From assembly GCA_964545075.1 (NCBI GenBank), contig CAZJFS010000001.1, forward strand, positions 33,890 through 97,889: DNA of 64,000 bases, read 5' to 3'. Shown one piece after another: positions 28,477-38,272 of this stretch. Within the stretch, counting starts at the first letter, position 1. Each line of letters begins with the position of its first letter. The position numbers and the translations under genes are program-made. This DNA is from an uncultured bacterium (GTDB lineage Bacteria > Muiribacteriota > UBA9980). A model generated the notes under the pieces. It saw only the letters and a program-made list of their open reading frames with translations. It was not told the DNA's origin and made no database searches.

Positions 28477-29649
28477 ATGGAAAAAATCCGAACCCATAAA
28501 ATAAATTATAATGTGGAGGCCGTCATGTTAAAAATTAAATTTCACGCAGTTATTATCATGGTCGCAATGATCTTTTTATGGGCCGCGCAGACCGGTTCAG
28601 CGCATGCGAATGAAACTGAATCCGCGCTGGAGTCACAAAAGATATCGAAGATCGAGCAAGTTATCGAAAAGACCATGGAAACTGAAAAATTGCCTGGCGT
28701 TATCGCGCTTGTTTCCGCGCCCGATTTCAATCCTCTGATAATAACCAAAGGCTACGCCAACCTTTCAACTAAACGCCCTATGAGCGCGAACGACATTGTA
28801 AGGATCGCAAGCCTCACGAAAACCTTCACAGCGACCGTCATCATGCAGCTCGCCGGGGAAGGCCGCCTCGACCTGGATGATAAAATCTCAAAATTCGAAA
28901 ACAAGATACCGGTCATAAAAAAGATGAGATACAGAAACAGCATCACGATCAGAAATTTATTGACCCATAACAGCGGCCTGGAAAATTATTTTATCGACAA
29001 AAAATTCGAAAGCGACTATTACAACAGGCCGCTTCTTTCCTGGACCCCGGAGCAGCTCATAAACATCAGCCTCAAACACAGACAGAAACGCCCGGGCGGC
29101 AAGGCCGTCTATTCGAACACGAATTTCATCCTTCTCGGCATGATCATCGAGGCTCTGACGGCTAACTCTTATGAAAGCGAGGTCGTGCAAAGGATATTGA
29201 TCCCTGCCGGGCTAACTCACACATATTTTCCGAAAAGCGTCTCGATCAAAGGCGTATTCGCGCACGGATACATGAACGGAAAAGACGTAACGCTCATCGA
29301 CTCTTCCTGCGGCTGGGCCGCCGGATCGCTGATCTCCAACCTCGAAGATCTCTGGAAGTGGAACGGCATATTCGCCGAAGGCGAACTGCTCGATCCGAAG
29401 ATAAACGCGGAACGTCAAAAAACCGTTCCGGTTAAAGGCTCTCCGCAGATGACCTACGGGCCGGGTTCAATGAATATCGGCAACCTTACCGGACACACGG
29501 GCTCGATCACGGGTTATAAACACGCCATGCTCTACCTTCCTTCGAAAAAGGCGACAATAATTGTTTTATCCAATTACGAATCGCCGGCTGCCGACCTTTT
29601 ATGCCTTACGATCGCGAAGATAGCGTTCCCGGAAGCGGTAGGTTATTAA
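28477..29649 (+). CDS. Secreted serine hydrolase of the beta-lactamase / DD-peptidase (class C-like) family
   Basis: Signal peptide. S-x-x-K (ASLTKTF), Y-x-N (YSNTNF) and H-x-G (HTGSITGY) motifs. Confidence 0.7.
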   Translation: MEKIRTHKINYNVEAVMLKIKFHAVIIMVAMIFLWAAQTGSAHANETESALESQKISKIEQVIEKTMETEKLPGVIALVSAPDFNPLIITKGYANLSTKRPMSANDIVRIASLTKTFTATVIMQLAGEGRLDLDDKISKFENKIPVIKKMRYRNSITIRNLLTHNSGLENYFIDKKFESDYYNRPLLSWTPEQLINISLKHRQKRPGGKAVYSNTNFILLGMIIEALTANSYESEVVQRILIPAGLTHTYFPKSVSIKGVFAHGYMNGKDVTLIDSSCGWAAGSLISNLEDLWKWNGIFAEGELLDPKINAERQKTVPVKGSPQMTYGPGSMNIGNLTGHTGSITGYKHAMLYLPSKKATIIVLSNYESPAADLLCLTIAKIAFPEAVGY

Positions 29650-29708
29650 CAGCCGCCTCATCAACAATGCGAAAAAAATAACACACATAAAAAAAGGAAG
29701 AATGAAAA

Positions 29709-31352
29709 ATGAAAAAAATATTACTTGTTGCGATAGTTTTATTATTAATCTGCGGCGGCGCGGCGCGCGCGGAAAACACATTTGATGATCTGAAAAAGAA
29801 AGCCGCAAGCGGAGACGCGGCTGCGCTGGGGCTTTTAGGCGAAGCGTATTCCTGCGGCTGGAACGGCGCGCCAAAAGACGATAAAAAAGCCGTCGAATGT
29901 TTTGAAAAAGCGGCCGCGCAGGGCGATCCTGTCGGTCAATACTATATGGGAACGATATTTTATTTCGGCAATACGGTTAATAAAGATTATAAGAAAGCCG
30001 CGGAATGGTTTGAAAAAGCCGCGCTTCATGGCGAGATCAGGGCCCAGGGCAATATCGCGATGATGTATTACGAGGGAACCGATTTCCCTCAGAACAATAT
30101 CATGGCTTACGCATATTATAATATCATCGCCTCGGGTCCGACCGCGGATCCGATCAGTAAAAAAGCGGCCGCTGAAAGCCTCGATAAACTTCAAAAAAAA
30201 ATGAGCCCGCAACAGATCGATAAGGCTAAAGAAAAAAGCCGGGATCTGTTAAAAAAGATCGATGAAAATTTTAAAAAAACTAAAATAACGCCGGCGGCGC
30301 CTAAGTATCCGGTTAACACGGCAAGAATCCTCAAAACCGATGAAATATTTATTGAGGCCGTATCTTCGCTGGACATTAAAACGATCAACGAATTAATAAA
30401 AAAAGGCTATAAAATTAAAGATCTTCCTTCCGATTACGCGCCTGTGTTAATAACGGTGATCGGTTCGCAGAACGCTAATTTCGCCAGATTCATGGGGGCC
30501 AAGGCGGAAGCCGCGAAAGGTTACACGGAAGAGTCACTAAAAAAATCGGTCGCAGCCAAAAAAAACGTTGTTTTTAAATTACTGGCCGAAAACGGAGCGG
30601 AATGTAACATAGCGAACAGCGGCGGAGAAAAACTTATCGCTCTTGCCGCAGCGACAGGCGATTCCGAAATAGTTAAATACCTTCTCGCCAAAAAGAGCGA
30701 CGTGACAAACCTGAATAAAAACGGCGACGATCTCTTATACTGCGCCATAGGTTCACATTCTTTAGAAACTGTCAAGACTGTAGTTGAAAGCGCTTATGGA
30801 CCAGGACTTATCAAATCAGGCGCGCGCTCGGCGGCCAGGGCGGCCACTTTAAAAGAAGACGGCATTTTAAAGTATTTGATTGAAAAAGGAATTAATATAA
30901 ATGGCAATACCGGAAGCGCCGCAGGAAATGAAAGCGGAAACAATTCCTCATGGAAACCTTTAAAAGCCGCACTATACAATAAAAATATCGACGCCCTCAA
31001 ACTTCTTATAGAAAAAGGCGCGGACTTAAAAATAATCAATAAGAACGGTGAGAACTGCCTTTTCGAATTAACGGGAGGCATTACCGGCGATGAGATGGAT
31101 GACAAAACAGTTGAAATCGCTAAAATGCTCGTAGCCCGCGGCGTAACCGCCAACATCAAAAACAACTCCGGCGAAACAGTATTAATGATGGCCGCCAGGA
31201 ATGGAAGCGTGCCCTTCATGAAATTTTTGATTGAAAACGGCTCCGATGTGAACGCGAGAAATAATAACGGCATTACGGCAATGGGTTACGCTAAAAAAGC
31301 CAGGCAGCAAAATTCGATCGCGTTTCTCAATTCCGTTAACGCCGTTGAATAA
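29709..31352 (+). CDS. Secreted Sel1-repeat + ankyrin-repeat protein
   Basis: Signal peptide MKKILLVAIVLLLICGGAARA. Sel1-like repeats (GDAAALGLLGEAYSCG...AVECFEKAAAQGDPVGQYYMG...AAEWFEKAALHGEIRAQGNIAMMY). C-terminal ankyrin repeats (GETVLMMAARNGSVPFMKFLIENGSDVNARNNNGITAMGYA). Confidence 0.65.
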   Translation: MKKILLVAIVLLLICGGAARAENTFDDLKKKAASGDAAALGLLGEAYSCGWNGAPKDDKKAVECFEKAAAQGDPVGQYYMGTIFYFGNTVNKDYKKAAEWFEKAALHGEIRAQGNIAMMYYEGTDFPQNNIMAYAYYNIIASGPTADPISKKAAAESLDKLQKKMSPQQIDKAKEKSRDLLKKIDENFKKTKITPAAPKYPVNTARILKTDEIFIEAVSSLDIKTINELIKKGYKIKDLPSDYAPVLITVIGSQNANFARFMGAKAEAAKGYTEESLKKSVAAKKNVVFKLLAENGAECNIANSGGEKLIALAAATGDSEIVKYLLAKKSDVTNLNKNGDDLLYCAIGSHSLETVKTVVESAYGPGLIKSGARSAARAATLKEDGILKYLIEKGININGNTGSAAGNESGNNSSWKPLKAALYNKNIDALKLLIEKGADLKIINKNGENCLFELTGGITGDEMDDKTVEIAKMLVARGVTANIKNNSGETVLMMAARNGSVPFMKFLIENGSDVNARNNNGITAMGYAKKARQQNSIAFLNSVNAVE

Positions 31353-31361
31353 ATAAATCCA

Positions 31362-31910
31362 TTATTTCCCCAGGACTATCATAGTTATGCGCAATGCCAC
31401 GGCGACGATCACGATCGAAGAGACGCTCAAAAGGACTAAAATAAGTTTGACGCGCTTGATCGTTTTATTGTAACTTTCGTCGGCTTCGGGAATGAGGCTG
31501 TGATAGAGGTTCAGCGAGGCGCAGGTCAGAATCAGGACGTCGTCGAAAATGCTGACGATGTAACCGCCTGGGACAAGATCGAACGGCGAAACTGCGTATG
31601 CTATGGCCAGAAGCATCATCACGATGGACGGAAAAAATTCGAGCTTATAAGGGTCTCTGCGAATGGGGACCTCATGCCTGGTTTCATCGGGTTTGGCGGT
31701 CCCGGAAGGAACTTCCGGAGCGCTTTTTTCTTTTACGGTTTCAGGGGGCGATGGAGGCTTCACTCCAAAAGGCGGATAATTAGCTATAGGACGACCGCAC
31801 TTCACGCACGCGGGCGCCTCGGACGAAACGTCGTTTCCGCAATCGGGACATTTAACGAGGGCCATAGGCTGATTCAACCTTTCAGTCAAGTATCGATAAA
31901 CATTATACAC
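31362..31910 (-). CDS. Zinc-ribbon + DUF1232 (YkvA-like) membrane protein
   Basis: N-terminal CPDCG...CVKCG zinc ribbon, then a Pro-rich linker. C-terminal SPFDLVPGGYIVSIFDDVLIL motif resembles DUF1232, with TM segments. Confidence 0.45.
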   Translation of the reverse strand: MYNVYRYLTERLNQPMALVKCPDCGNDVSSEAPACVKCGRPIANYPPFGVKPPSPPETVKEKSAPEVPSGTAKPDETRHEVPIRRDPYKLEFFPSIVMMLLAIAYAVSPFDLVPGGYIVSIFDDVLILTCASLNLYHSLIPEADESYNKTIKRVKLILVLLSVSSIVIVAVALRITMIVLGK

Positions 31911-32029
31911 CAGGTCCGCGTAAAATAAAAGTTAAAAATATTTATTTCAGCTAATATAAAATTGACAATTTCGGCTTTTTTAAATATACTATACTATGAT
32001 GACTTTAACAATTCAAATATTTTGACGAG

Positions 32030-33826
32030 GTGCTAAAGCTTATGAAATTACGCCATGCCTTATTAAGCCTTTTATTTGTGATTATTTACACAACCTCCGC
32101 TTATGGCGAAGATATGAACGCGGTTATAAAATCAAGGGCGCAAAATCCTGACATTAAAAGGACCATCATGGGCATTCTCGTCTATCTCGACGATATGCAG
32201 GTGCGTAACAGGCCCGGCACCAGAAGCAGCGTTTTCGACTCCAGCGATGCGGGCGACGGATGCGACGGCAAGGTCGAATTCAACCTTCCTCATATTCAAA
32301 AAGCTCTTTTTCTGCCGGCGCTTCCGCCGATAAAAATCAGCAACGTCGAAGGCGAATGGGAAAGCACCGTTCATTTTATGCCTAAAAAATTCGGCTCAAA
32401 CGGCAAATCGCTAGTCGCGATACCCGATTCGAACCTTTTCGTGCCGGCGTTCGTCTCATATCCGCTCTTTTTATTCCGTGAAAACGTAAAACCAGGCGAA
32501 AGACGCATAGCCAATATGCTTAAACTCTGCTGGAACATCGATAAAAAATATAAAAGAGGCGACGCTTATAACTTCTGGCTTCCGATGAAAGACCATCCAA
32601 GCTATTCGGGCCCCTGTAATATCCCGCTGGAAAAAGCCATAGAACCGCTGGCTAAGGCATATATAAACCCGAAACTCAAATTCATCTTCGGAAAACTCGC
32701 GAAAGGCATGAACGTTCCTCCGCCCGACTGGGTCATCGCGTGCCTCGATAAAAATCAGAATCAGACCGGCGCCGCGGCGCTTTTCAACATTCCAAACGAC
32801 TCCGACGATACAGCGACGGCCGTCGCCATACAAAAAATCAAAAACAACCTGCTATATGCTTATAAAGACGACGCTTTCTTTAACGATACCGCGAATTTCG
32901 CGATCGATATGAACGCCATGAACGTAACTCTTAAATTCAGAGATATAAACCGCAATCCGAAAAAAGAGGACGGCCGCGACGCGTGGAAAGGCTCAAACAC
33001 GGGCGCATTTATGACATGGCTTTTAGACGAAAATAAGCCTGCGTTCTCTCAGGCCGATAAAGGCGTCATTCCTCTGGAAAAAAACAACGTGGACGCGGTC
33101 GTAAATTCAAACGTGCTTCTGGCGCTAGGGCTTTTGGATATGAAAAATGTTCCGGGATGCGCCGAAGCGCTCGCCGTAGTCTCGAAGGCGATCTTTCAGA
33201 GGACATGGCCGGGAAGCGGACTTTACTATCCGCAATTTATGATATTTCCGTACACCGCTTCAAGAGCCTACCGCGACGGCGGAAACGAAGCCTTAAAACC
33301 GTCGATGAAATGGCTCATGAGAGATATCATATTTCACCAGAATTCATACGCGGCCAAATACCCTAAAAAAACAGGCGCATTCCCGGGCGGCGAGGATCTA
33401 ACCGATTATGTATCGACCGCGCTCGGCGTTATAACGCTTTTGAACATCGGAATAGACAACGCGCGCGAAGAGAACATGGAAGCTCAATATAAAGCAGCGA
33501 TAGACGCCGGAATAAACTACCTTTTAAACACAAGGAAAAAACACAAGATCAAAAACGATGAAACTTTCAGAAGCGAATACGGCAATAACGGGCTATACGG
33601 AATCAAATGGGATTCAGGCCTGTTCTTCTCCGCCTCCTTCTGGGACCTGGCGCACTGGAGAAGCGAGCCTTTCTGCAACGCGATGGCGCTGGAGGCGTTC
33701 TCAAAATATATCATGGCTTATGAATATGGCGGCGCGAATATGACCAACGGAAGAAAAATATATATAAATAGATATGCGACAGACATGGACGACGGTATGG
33801 ATAATTTTAATCTAGAGGTAAGGTAA
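32030..33826 (+). CDS. Secreted hypothetical protein; contains a DxDDTA-like motif (class II terpene cyclase-like / alpha-alpha-toroid?)
   Basis: Signal peptide (LLSLLFVIIYTTSAYG). Internal NDSDDTATAVAIQKI resembles the DxDDTA(V) catalytic motif of squalene-hopene-type cyclases. Nothing else could be assigned by eye. Confidence 0.3.
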   Translation: MLKLMKLRHALLSLLFVIIYTTSAYGEDMNAVIKSRAQNPDIKRTIMGILVYLDDMQVRNRPGTRSSVFDSSDAGDGCDGKVEFNLPHIQKALFLPALPPIKISNVEGEWESTVHFMPKKFGSNGKSLVAIPDSNLFVPAFVSYPLFLFRENVKPGERRIANMLKLCWNIDKKYKRGDAYNFWLPMKDHPSYSGPCNIPLEKAIEPLAKAYINPKLKFIFGKLAKGMNVPPPDWVIACLDKNQNQTGAAALFNIPNDSDDTATAVAIQKIKNNLLYAYKDDAFFNDTANFAIDMNAMNVTLKFRDINRNPKKEDGRDAWKGSNTGAFMTWLLDENKPAFSQADKGVIPLEKNNVDAVVNSNVLLALGLLDMKNVPGCAEALAVVSKAIFQRTWPGSGLYYPQFMIFPYTASRAYRDGGNEALKPSMKWLMRDIIFHQNSYAAKYPKKTGAFPGGEDLTDYVSTALGVITLLNIGIDNAREENMEAQYKAAIDAGINYLLNTRKKHKIKNDETFRSEYGNNGLYGIKWDSGLFFSASFWDLAHWRSEPFCNAMALEAFSKYIMAYEYGGANMTNGRKIYINRYATDMDDGMDNFNLEVR

Positions 33827-33832
33827 GTGTAA

Positions 33833-35062
33833 ATGATGCAAAAAAAAAGCAAACTCATTCTCATCATCAATTGCGGAAGCTCCTCACTCAAGTATGAAGT
33901 TTATGACATGCCATCCAAAAACAGCCTTGGAAAAGGTCTCATTGAAAGAATCGGCGAAAAAAACGGCAAAATAATGCAGGACACCATAAAAGGAAAATTC
34001 CAGCAGGAACTTCCAATTCCCGATCATAAAGCGGCTATGGGCCTGATGGCGAAAGCCCTTACCGATTCGATACTCGGCATCTTGAAAAATATAAATGAAA
34101 TTTCAGGCATCGGGCACAGAGTGGTCCACGGCGGAGAAAAGTACGCTGAATCAGTTTTAATCACGAGCGACGTGATTCAAGCCGTCGAGGAAAATTGCAA
34201 TATCGCGCCGCTTCATAATCCTCCGAATCTCGTGGGTATAAGGGAAGCGATCGCTCTTCTGCCTCACGTCAAACAGGTCGCCGTATTCGACACGGCTTTT
34301 CATCAAACGCTCGCGCCGGCCGCTTATTTATATGGACTGCCGCGCGAATTATACGATAAATACAAGATCAGGCGCTACGGTTTTCACGGCACGAGCCACA
34401 GGTACGTCGCCAACAGAGCCGTAAAATTCATGAAGCGTTCTCCTGAAAATACAAACGTAATATCCTGCCACCTTGGAAACGGAGCGTCAATAACGGCTAT
34501 CGAATGCGGAAGATCGGTCGACACTTCGATGGGCTTCACGCCGCTCGAAGGACTTATGATGGGAACGCGCTCAGGCGATATAGACCCGGCGATAACGCTT
34601 TACCTTATTGAACGCGGATATAAAATCGATGAAGTAAATAAAATATTGAATAAAAAAAGCGGTCTTCTTGGTTTATCGGGTATTTCCAACGATCTGCGCG
34701 ATATCGAAAAGGCGGCCGAAGAAGGCAATAAAAACGCGCAGGAAGCTCTGGAAGTATATGCTCACAGCGTAAGAAAATATATCGGAGCATATGCCGCGAA
34801 TCTTTATAAGGTCGATATCCTCGTTTTCACGGGAGGAGTGGGCCAGAACGCCGTTAAAATGCGCGAACGGATATGCCATCGCCTCGAACACATAGGCATA
34901 ATAATGGATTATGACAAAAACCGCGAAGGCGGAACGCATGAAGGCATTATTTCAACGGATTATTCCCCGACATCGATCATAGTGGTGCCGACCAATGAAG
35001 AGCTTCAAATAGCCAAAGACGCATACACGATAATATTCGGGGAAGAAGTAGATATCGGGTAG
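33833..35062 (+). CDS. ackA: Acetate kinase
   Basis: N-terminus KLILIINCGSSSLKYEVYDM (acetate/propionate kinase signature). Also ...HRVVHGGEKY..., VFDTAFHQT, GTRSGDIDP. Confidence 0.9.
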   Translation: MMQKKSKLILIINCGSSSLKYEVYDMPSKNSLGKGLIERIGEKNGKIMQDTIKGKFQQELPIPDHKAAMGLMAKALTDSILGILKNINEISGIGHRVVHGGEKYAESVLITSDVIQAVEENCNIAPLHNPPNLVGIREAIALLPHVKQVAVFDTAFHQTLAPAAYLYGLPRELYDKYKIRRYGFHGTSHRYVANRAVKFMKRSPENTNVISCHLGNGASITAIECGRSVDTSMGFTPLEGLMMGTRSGDIDPAITLYLIERGYKIDEVNKILNKKSGLLGLSGISNDLRDIEKAAEEGNKNAQEALEVYAHSVRKYIGAYAANLYKVDILVFTGGVGQNAVKMRERICHRLEHIGIIMDYDKNREGGTHEGIISTDYSPTSIIVVPTNEELQIAKDAYTIIFGEEVDIG

Positions 35063-35131
35063 CAAAATCAGCGTTTCCGCTCGTCATTTTGCGGTAAGAA
35101 CCGAATAATAATACTATACAAAGGGGTTGAA

Positions 35132-35614
35132 ATGAAATATAATAAAAAAATAATATTTATTATTATAACTGCTTTGGCGCCGCTGCTTTTATCTTTCAAT
35201 CACGCCCTTGCGGCTGACGTAAAAAAAACGGCGGAAGAACTCAAGCCAAAGGAAATCACGACGGCTGAAAAACACAAAATAGATAAAGAACTCGACGCTT
35301 GCATGGACAAGAACCCTTCTACCGCCGGAATGGTCGAATGCATAGACAACGCCGCGAAACAATGGGACGGCGAACTCAATAAATATTATAAACTTTTATC
35401 GGGCGTTCTTGATAAGGAAGGGCAGGCCAACCTCAAAAAATCCCAGCTTGAATGGATAAAACTCCGCGACGCGGACATTAAACTGATAGATTCCGTATAT
35501 TCAAAAAAAGAAGGGACGATGTACGTCCCGATGGTGGCCGATTCGATAATGGAACTGACGAAAAAGAGAGCGCTTGAGCTTAAAGCTTATTACGAGCTCA
35601 TTATTGAAAAATAA
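35132..35614 (+). CDS. DUF1311 (LprI-like) periplasmic protein
   Basis: Signal peptide. ELDACMDKNPSTAGMVECIDNAAKQWDGELNKYYKLL...QLEWIKLRDAD pattern of the DUF1311 / lysozyme-inhibitor LprI family. Confidence 0.55.
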   Translation: MKYNKKIIFIIITALAPLLLSFNHALAADVKKTAEELKPKEITTAEKHKIDKELDACMDKNPSTAGMVECIDNAAKQWDGELNKYYKLLSGVLDKEGQANLKKSQLEWIKLRDADIKLIDSVYSKKEGTMYVPMVADSIMELTKKRALELKAYYELIIEK

Positions 35615-35628
35615 AAAGGAGCGTAAAA

Positions 35629-36246
35629 ATGTCTAAAAAAACTTTTATAGTATCATACCTTCCCGGCGAGGAACGCTCGAACACGAAAAAATTACTGGAT
35701 CACTTTTTAAGCGAAGCCAAACCGTCGAATATGGAAAAACTGGACCTTTGCAAAAGCGCTCCCGATTTTTTCACGCACGAAAGCCTCATGGTTTATTACG
35801 AAAGAAACTACGGCGGCCAAAAGATCAGTCCCGAACGCGAAGCAATCATAAAAAAAATGGATGAAATGACGGCGCAGTTTAAAAAAGCGGATATCGTTAT
35901 AATGGCCTTTCCGATGCATAACTTCGGAATGCCGGGAATAGTGAAGACTTATTTCGACTCGATAATGCAGAAAGGCGAGACGTGGACCATAACGCCCGAA
36001 GGTTACAGGGGAATGATGGGCGGCAAAAAAGCTCTCGTACTGACATCCAGCGGCGGAACGTATGAAGGCCCGCGGGCCGCTTACGACACGCTTTCGGCAC
36101 TCACCAAGATCGAATTTAATTTCATGGGCTTTTCTGAAGTCGAGATAATCTCCGCGGCCGGAATAAACATGCATCCCGAAAAAACAGATGAGATCGTCGA
36201 AAACGCCAATAAAAAAGTAAGCGAACTTGTCAAAAAATGGTATTAA
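35629..36246 (+). CDS. azoR: FMN-dependent NADH-azoreductase / flavodoxin-like NAD(P)H quinone oxidoreductase
   Basis: MSKKTFIVSYLPGEERSNTKKL... and ADIVIMAFPMHNFGMPGIVKTYFDSI match the AzoR/ACP-phosphodiesterase-like family. 205 aa. Confidence 0.7.
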   Translation: MSKKTFIVSYLPGEERSNTKKLLDHFLSEAKPSNMEKLDLCKSAPDFFTHESLMVYYERNYGGQKISPEREAIIKKMDEMTAQFKKADIVIMAFPMHNFGMPGIVKTYFDSIMQKGETWTITPEGYRGMMGGKKALVLTSSGGTYEGPRAAYDTLSALTKIEFNFMGFSEVEIISAAGINMHPEKTDEIVENANKKVSELVKKWY

Positions 36247-36356
36247 AATAAATACAATTTTATAAATTCAATTATCTCAACGGCGCCATGTTCATTCGTG
36301 GCGCCGTTATCGTTTATTCATTTAATCTTTGAAAAGCCGCCGGAGCGAAATAAATA

Positions 36357-37121
36357 TCAATCGTTAAATATCGCCATTCCGTCATAATTTTCAATGAAAT
36401 TTTTGAGTCCGGCCCCGAGTTCCGAACAATCCGCGCCGTCGGCTATTCTATGATCGTACGTAAGAGTTATATAGGCCGAAGATCTGGGCTCCGTTTTTTT
36501 ATCCACCGCCATCGGCCTTTCAGCCACGCGGCCAAGAGAAAACGTTATCGATCCCGATGAAAGCGGCGCCGCAAAATCCGCGCCATATTTACCGACCGAT
36601 GTGAACGCGCATGTCCCGCATATTTTACGCATTCTATCCGGAAAAGGTTTGTATAAAAGACCAAAAAGCGCCATACGCATAAAATTTGGAAATATTTTAA
36701 AGAATTCTTGTATCTTATATTCAGGCGTTTCATCGTGTTTGATGGTTTTGAGAGCTCCGAGATGGTTGATAATATCCATGAATTTTTTTCCATCGGAATT
36801 TCTTATCACCGAAAAAACGCTGGCTCCTGTAAGGCTGATATCGATGCCTTCATATACGGCAAGTTTTAACGTGGGAAACTCGCGAAGATAGCTGTTGAAT
36901 TTTTTATGAGAGTTTAAAACGCGTGAAATGGCGTATAACATAAAAGCCGAATAAGAAGGCGGCTTCATATTTTTTTTAGAGAACATAGCTCTTATATCTT
37001 CGATCCTAGTGAAATCCGCCATAAAAACATGGTGATCGATATAACGGGAGCCGCCGCCAGATAAAACAGGTAACGCCGCGCGCCGGTCCCTTGAAAGTTC
37101 AGTCATTTTATATTTTTTCAA
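36357..37121 (-). CDS. 2-oxoacid dehydrogenase acyltransferase (E2 catalytic domain / CAT-like) stand-alone protein
   Basis: C-terminal catalytic motif LTYDHRIADGADCSELG (DHRxxDG). Confidence 0.5.
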   Translation of the reverse strand: MKKYKMTELSRDRRAALPVLSGGGSRYIDHHVFMADFTRIEDIRAMFSKKNMKPPSYSAFMLYAISRVLNSHKKFNSYLREFPTLKLAVYEGIDISLTGASVFSVIRNSDGKKFMDIINHLGALKTIKHDETPEYKIQEFFKIFPNFMRMALFGLLYKPFPDRMRKICGTCAFTSVGKYGADFAAPLSSGSITFSLGRVAERPMAVDKKTEPRSSAYITLTYDHRIADGADCSELGAGLKNFIENYDGMAIFND

Positions 37122-37191
37122 ACAATACGCCTCCCGTATTTTTTCCGGTACTCCGACGCATATTAGTCACTCTTCTTACTTTGCCAGAATC

Positions 37192-38181
37192 TTAATAATC
37201 GTATTTTTTCTTTATTTCAAAGATATTGTCGAATATTTTATCGAGTTTAACTTTTCCGATCTTGTCGCGCGAATAATTGAAGGGTGAAAGGGTGAATCCT
37301 ACATTTCCAACGTTATACGACACTTCATTAGCGTTATATTTGTCCGTTGAGATATCCTGCAAGAGATTAACTATGGCCGTATCAAGCCTTTTAATAACTG
37401 AAGTTATCACAAAGCCTTTAGCGATAGAGTCCTGGTCCGAATCGACGCCTATAATATATTTTTCATTGGCGCGGGCGGCGTTGATCGAACCGAAACCCGA
37501 AGCGCCGGCGGCCGCGAAAACTATGTCGCATCCGCTTTTATACATCTCATCGGCGATGTCGAAACCGGCCTTTGAGTTTGAATAACCGTCATTGCCTTTA
37601 GATATCATTTTCGAGGAAACCGCGACCGAATTATTAATGATATTTACGGCGTCCCTGAAACCCTTTTCAAAATCCAATATCGGTTTTGATTCGCGGCCGC
37701 CTATGAATCCGACTTTTTTTGTTTCGCTGATCACTGATGCTACTACTCCGGCGAGATATCCGGCTTCATAGTTATTGAAAGTTATCGATTTAACGTTCTT
37801 TTTCTTAGACTTGCCGTCAATGACTATAAAATTTTTATTCGGAAAACGGTCCGCTATCTTATCGAAGGCCTCGGCGTAATAAAAACCTATGCCTATGATA
37901 TAGTCATGTCCGCGCATAGCGCTGAATTTTATATATTCCTGAATGTATTCGTCGCTAAAAGGATACACGCGGGAAATTTTTAAATTTGGAAAAAGGCTCG
38001 ACGCGGCTATAATACCGATCTCCGACATATGTATAAAAGGGTTCGCCGGATCGCCGACCGGCATAAAAAATATTATCGCGGCTTCTTTATTAGCTACCTG
38101 AGTCGCGGCCGAAAGCTTTGAAGCGCCAAAAGACGAGATAAATATCACGGCAACGAAAAACAGGATCAACGTTTTTTTCAT
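37192..38181 (-). CDS. BMP-family (PnrA/Med-like) ABC transporter substrate-binding lipoprotein
   Basis: Signal peptide. Family pattern GFIGG...DIVFAAAGASGFGSINAARANEKYIIGVDSDQ. Confidence 0.7.
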   Translation of the reverse strand: MKKTLILFFVAVIFISSFGASKLSAATQVANKEAAIIFFMPVGDPANPFIHMSEIGIIAASSLFPNLKISRVYPFSDEYIQEYIKFSAMRGHDYIIGIGFYYAEAFDKIADRFPNKNFIVIDGKSKKKNVKSITFNNYEAGYLAGVVASVISETKKVGFIGGRESKPILDFEKGFRDAVNIINNSVAVSSKMISKGNDGYSNSKAGFDIADEMYKSGCDIVFAAAGASGFGSINAARANEKYIIGVDSDQDSIAKGFVITSVIKRLDTAIVNLLQDISTDKYNANEVSYNVGNVGFTLSPFNYSRDKIGKVKLDKIFDNIFEIKKKYDY

Positions 38182-38272
38182 TCAATTCACTCCTTGAACT
38201 ATTTTTAATAATTTTATCATAATCGTCTTCATAATGTCAAAAATTATGCGATATGGTCATAACTGCATGCCG

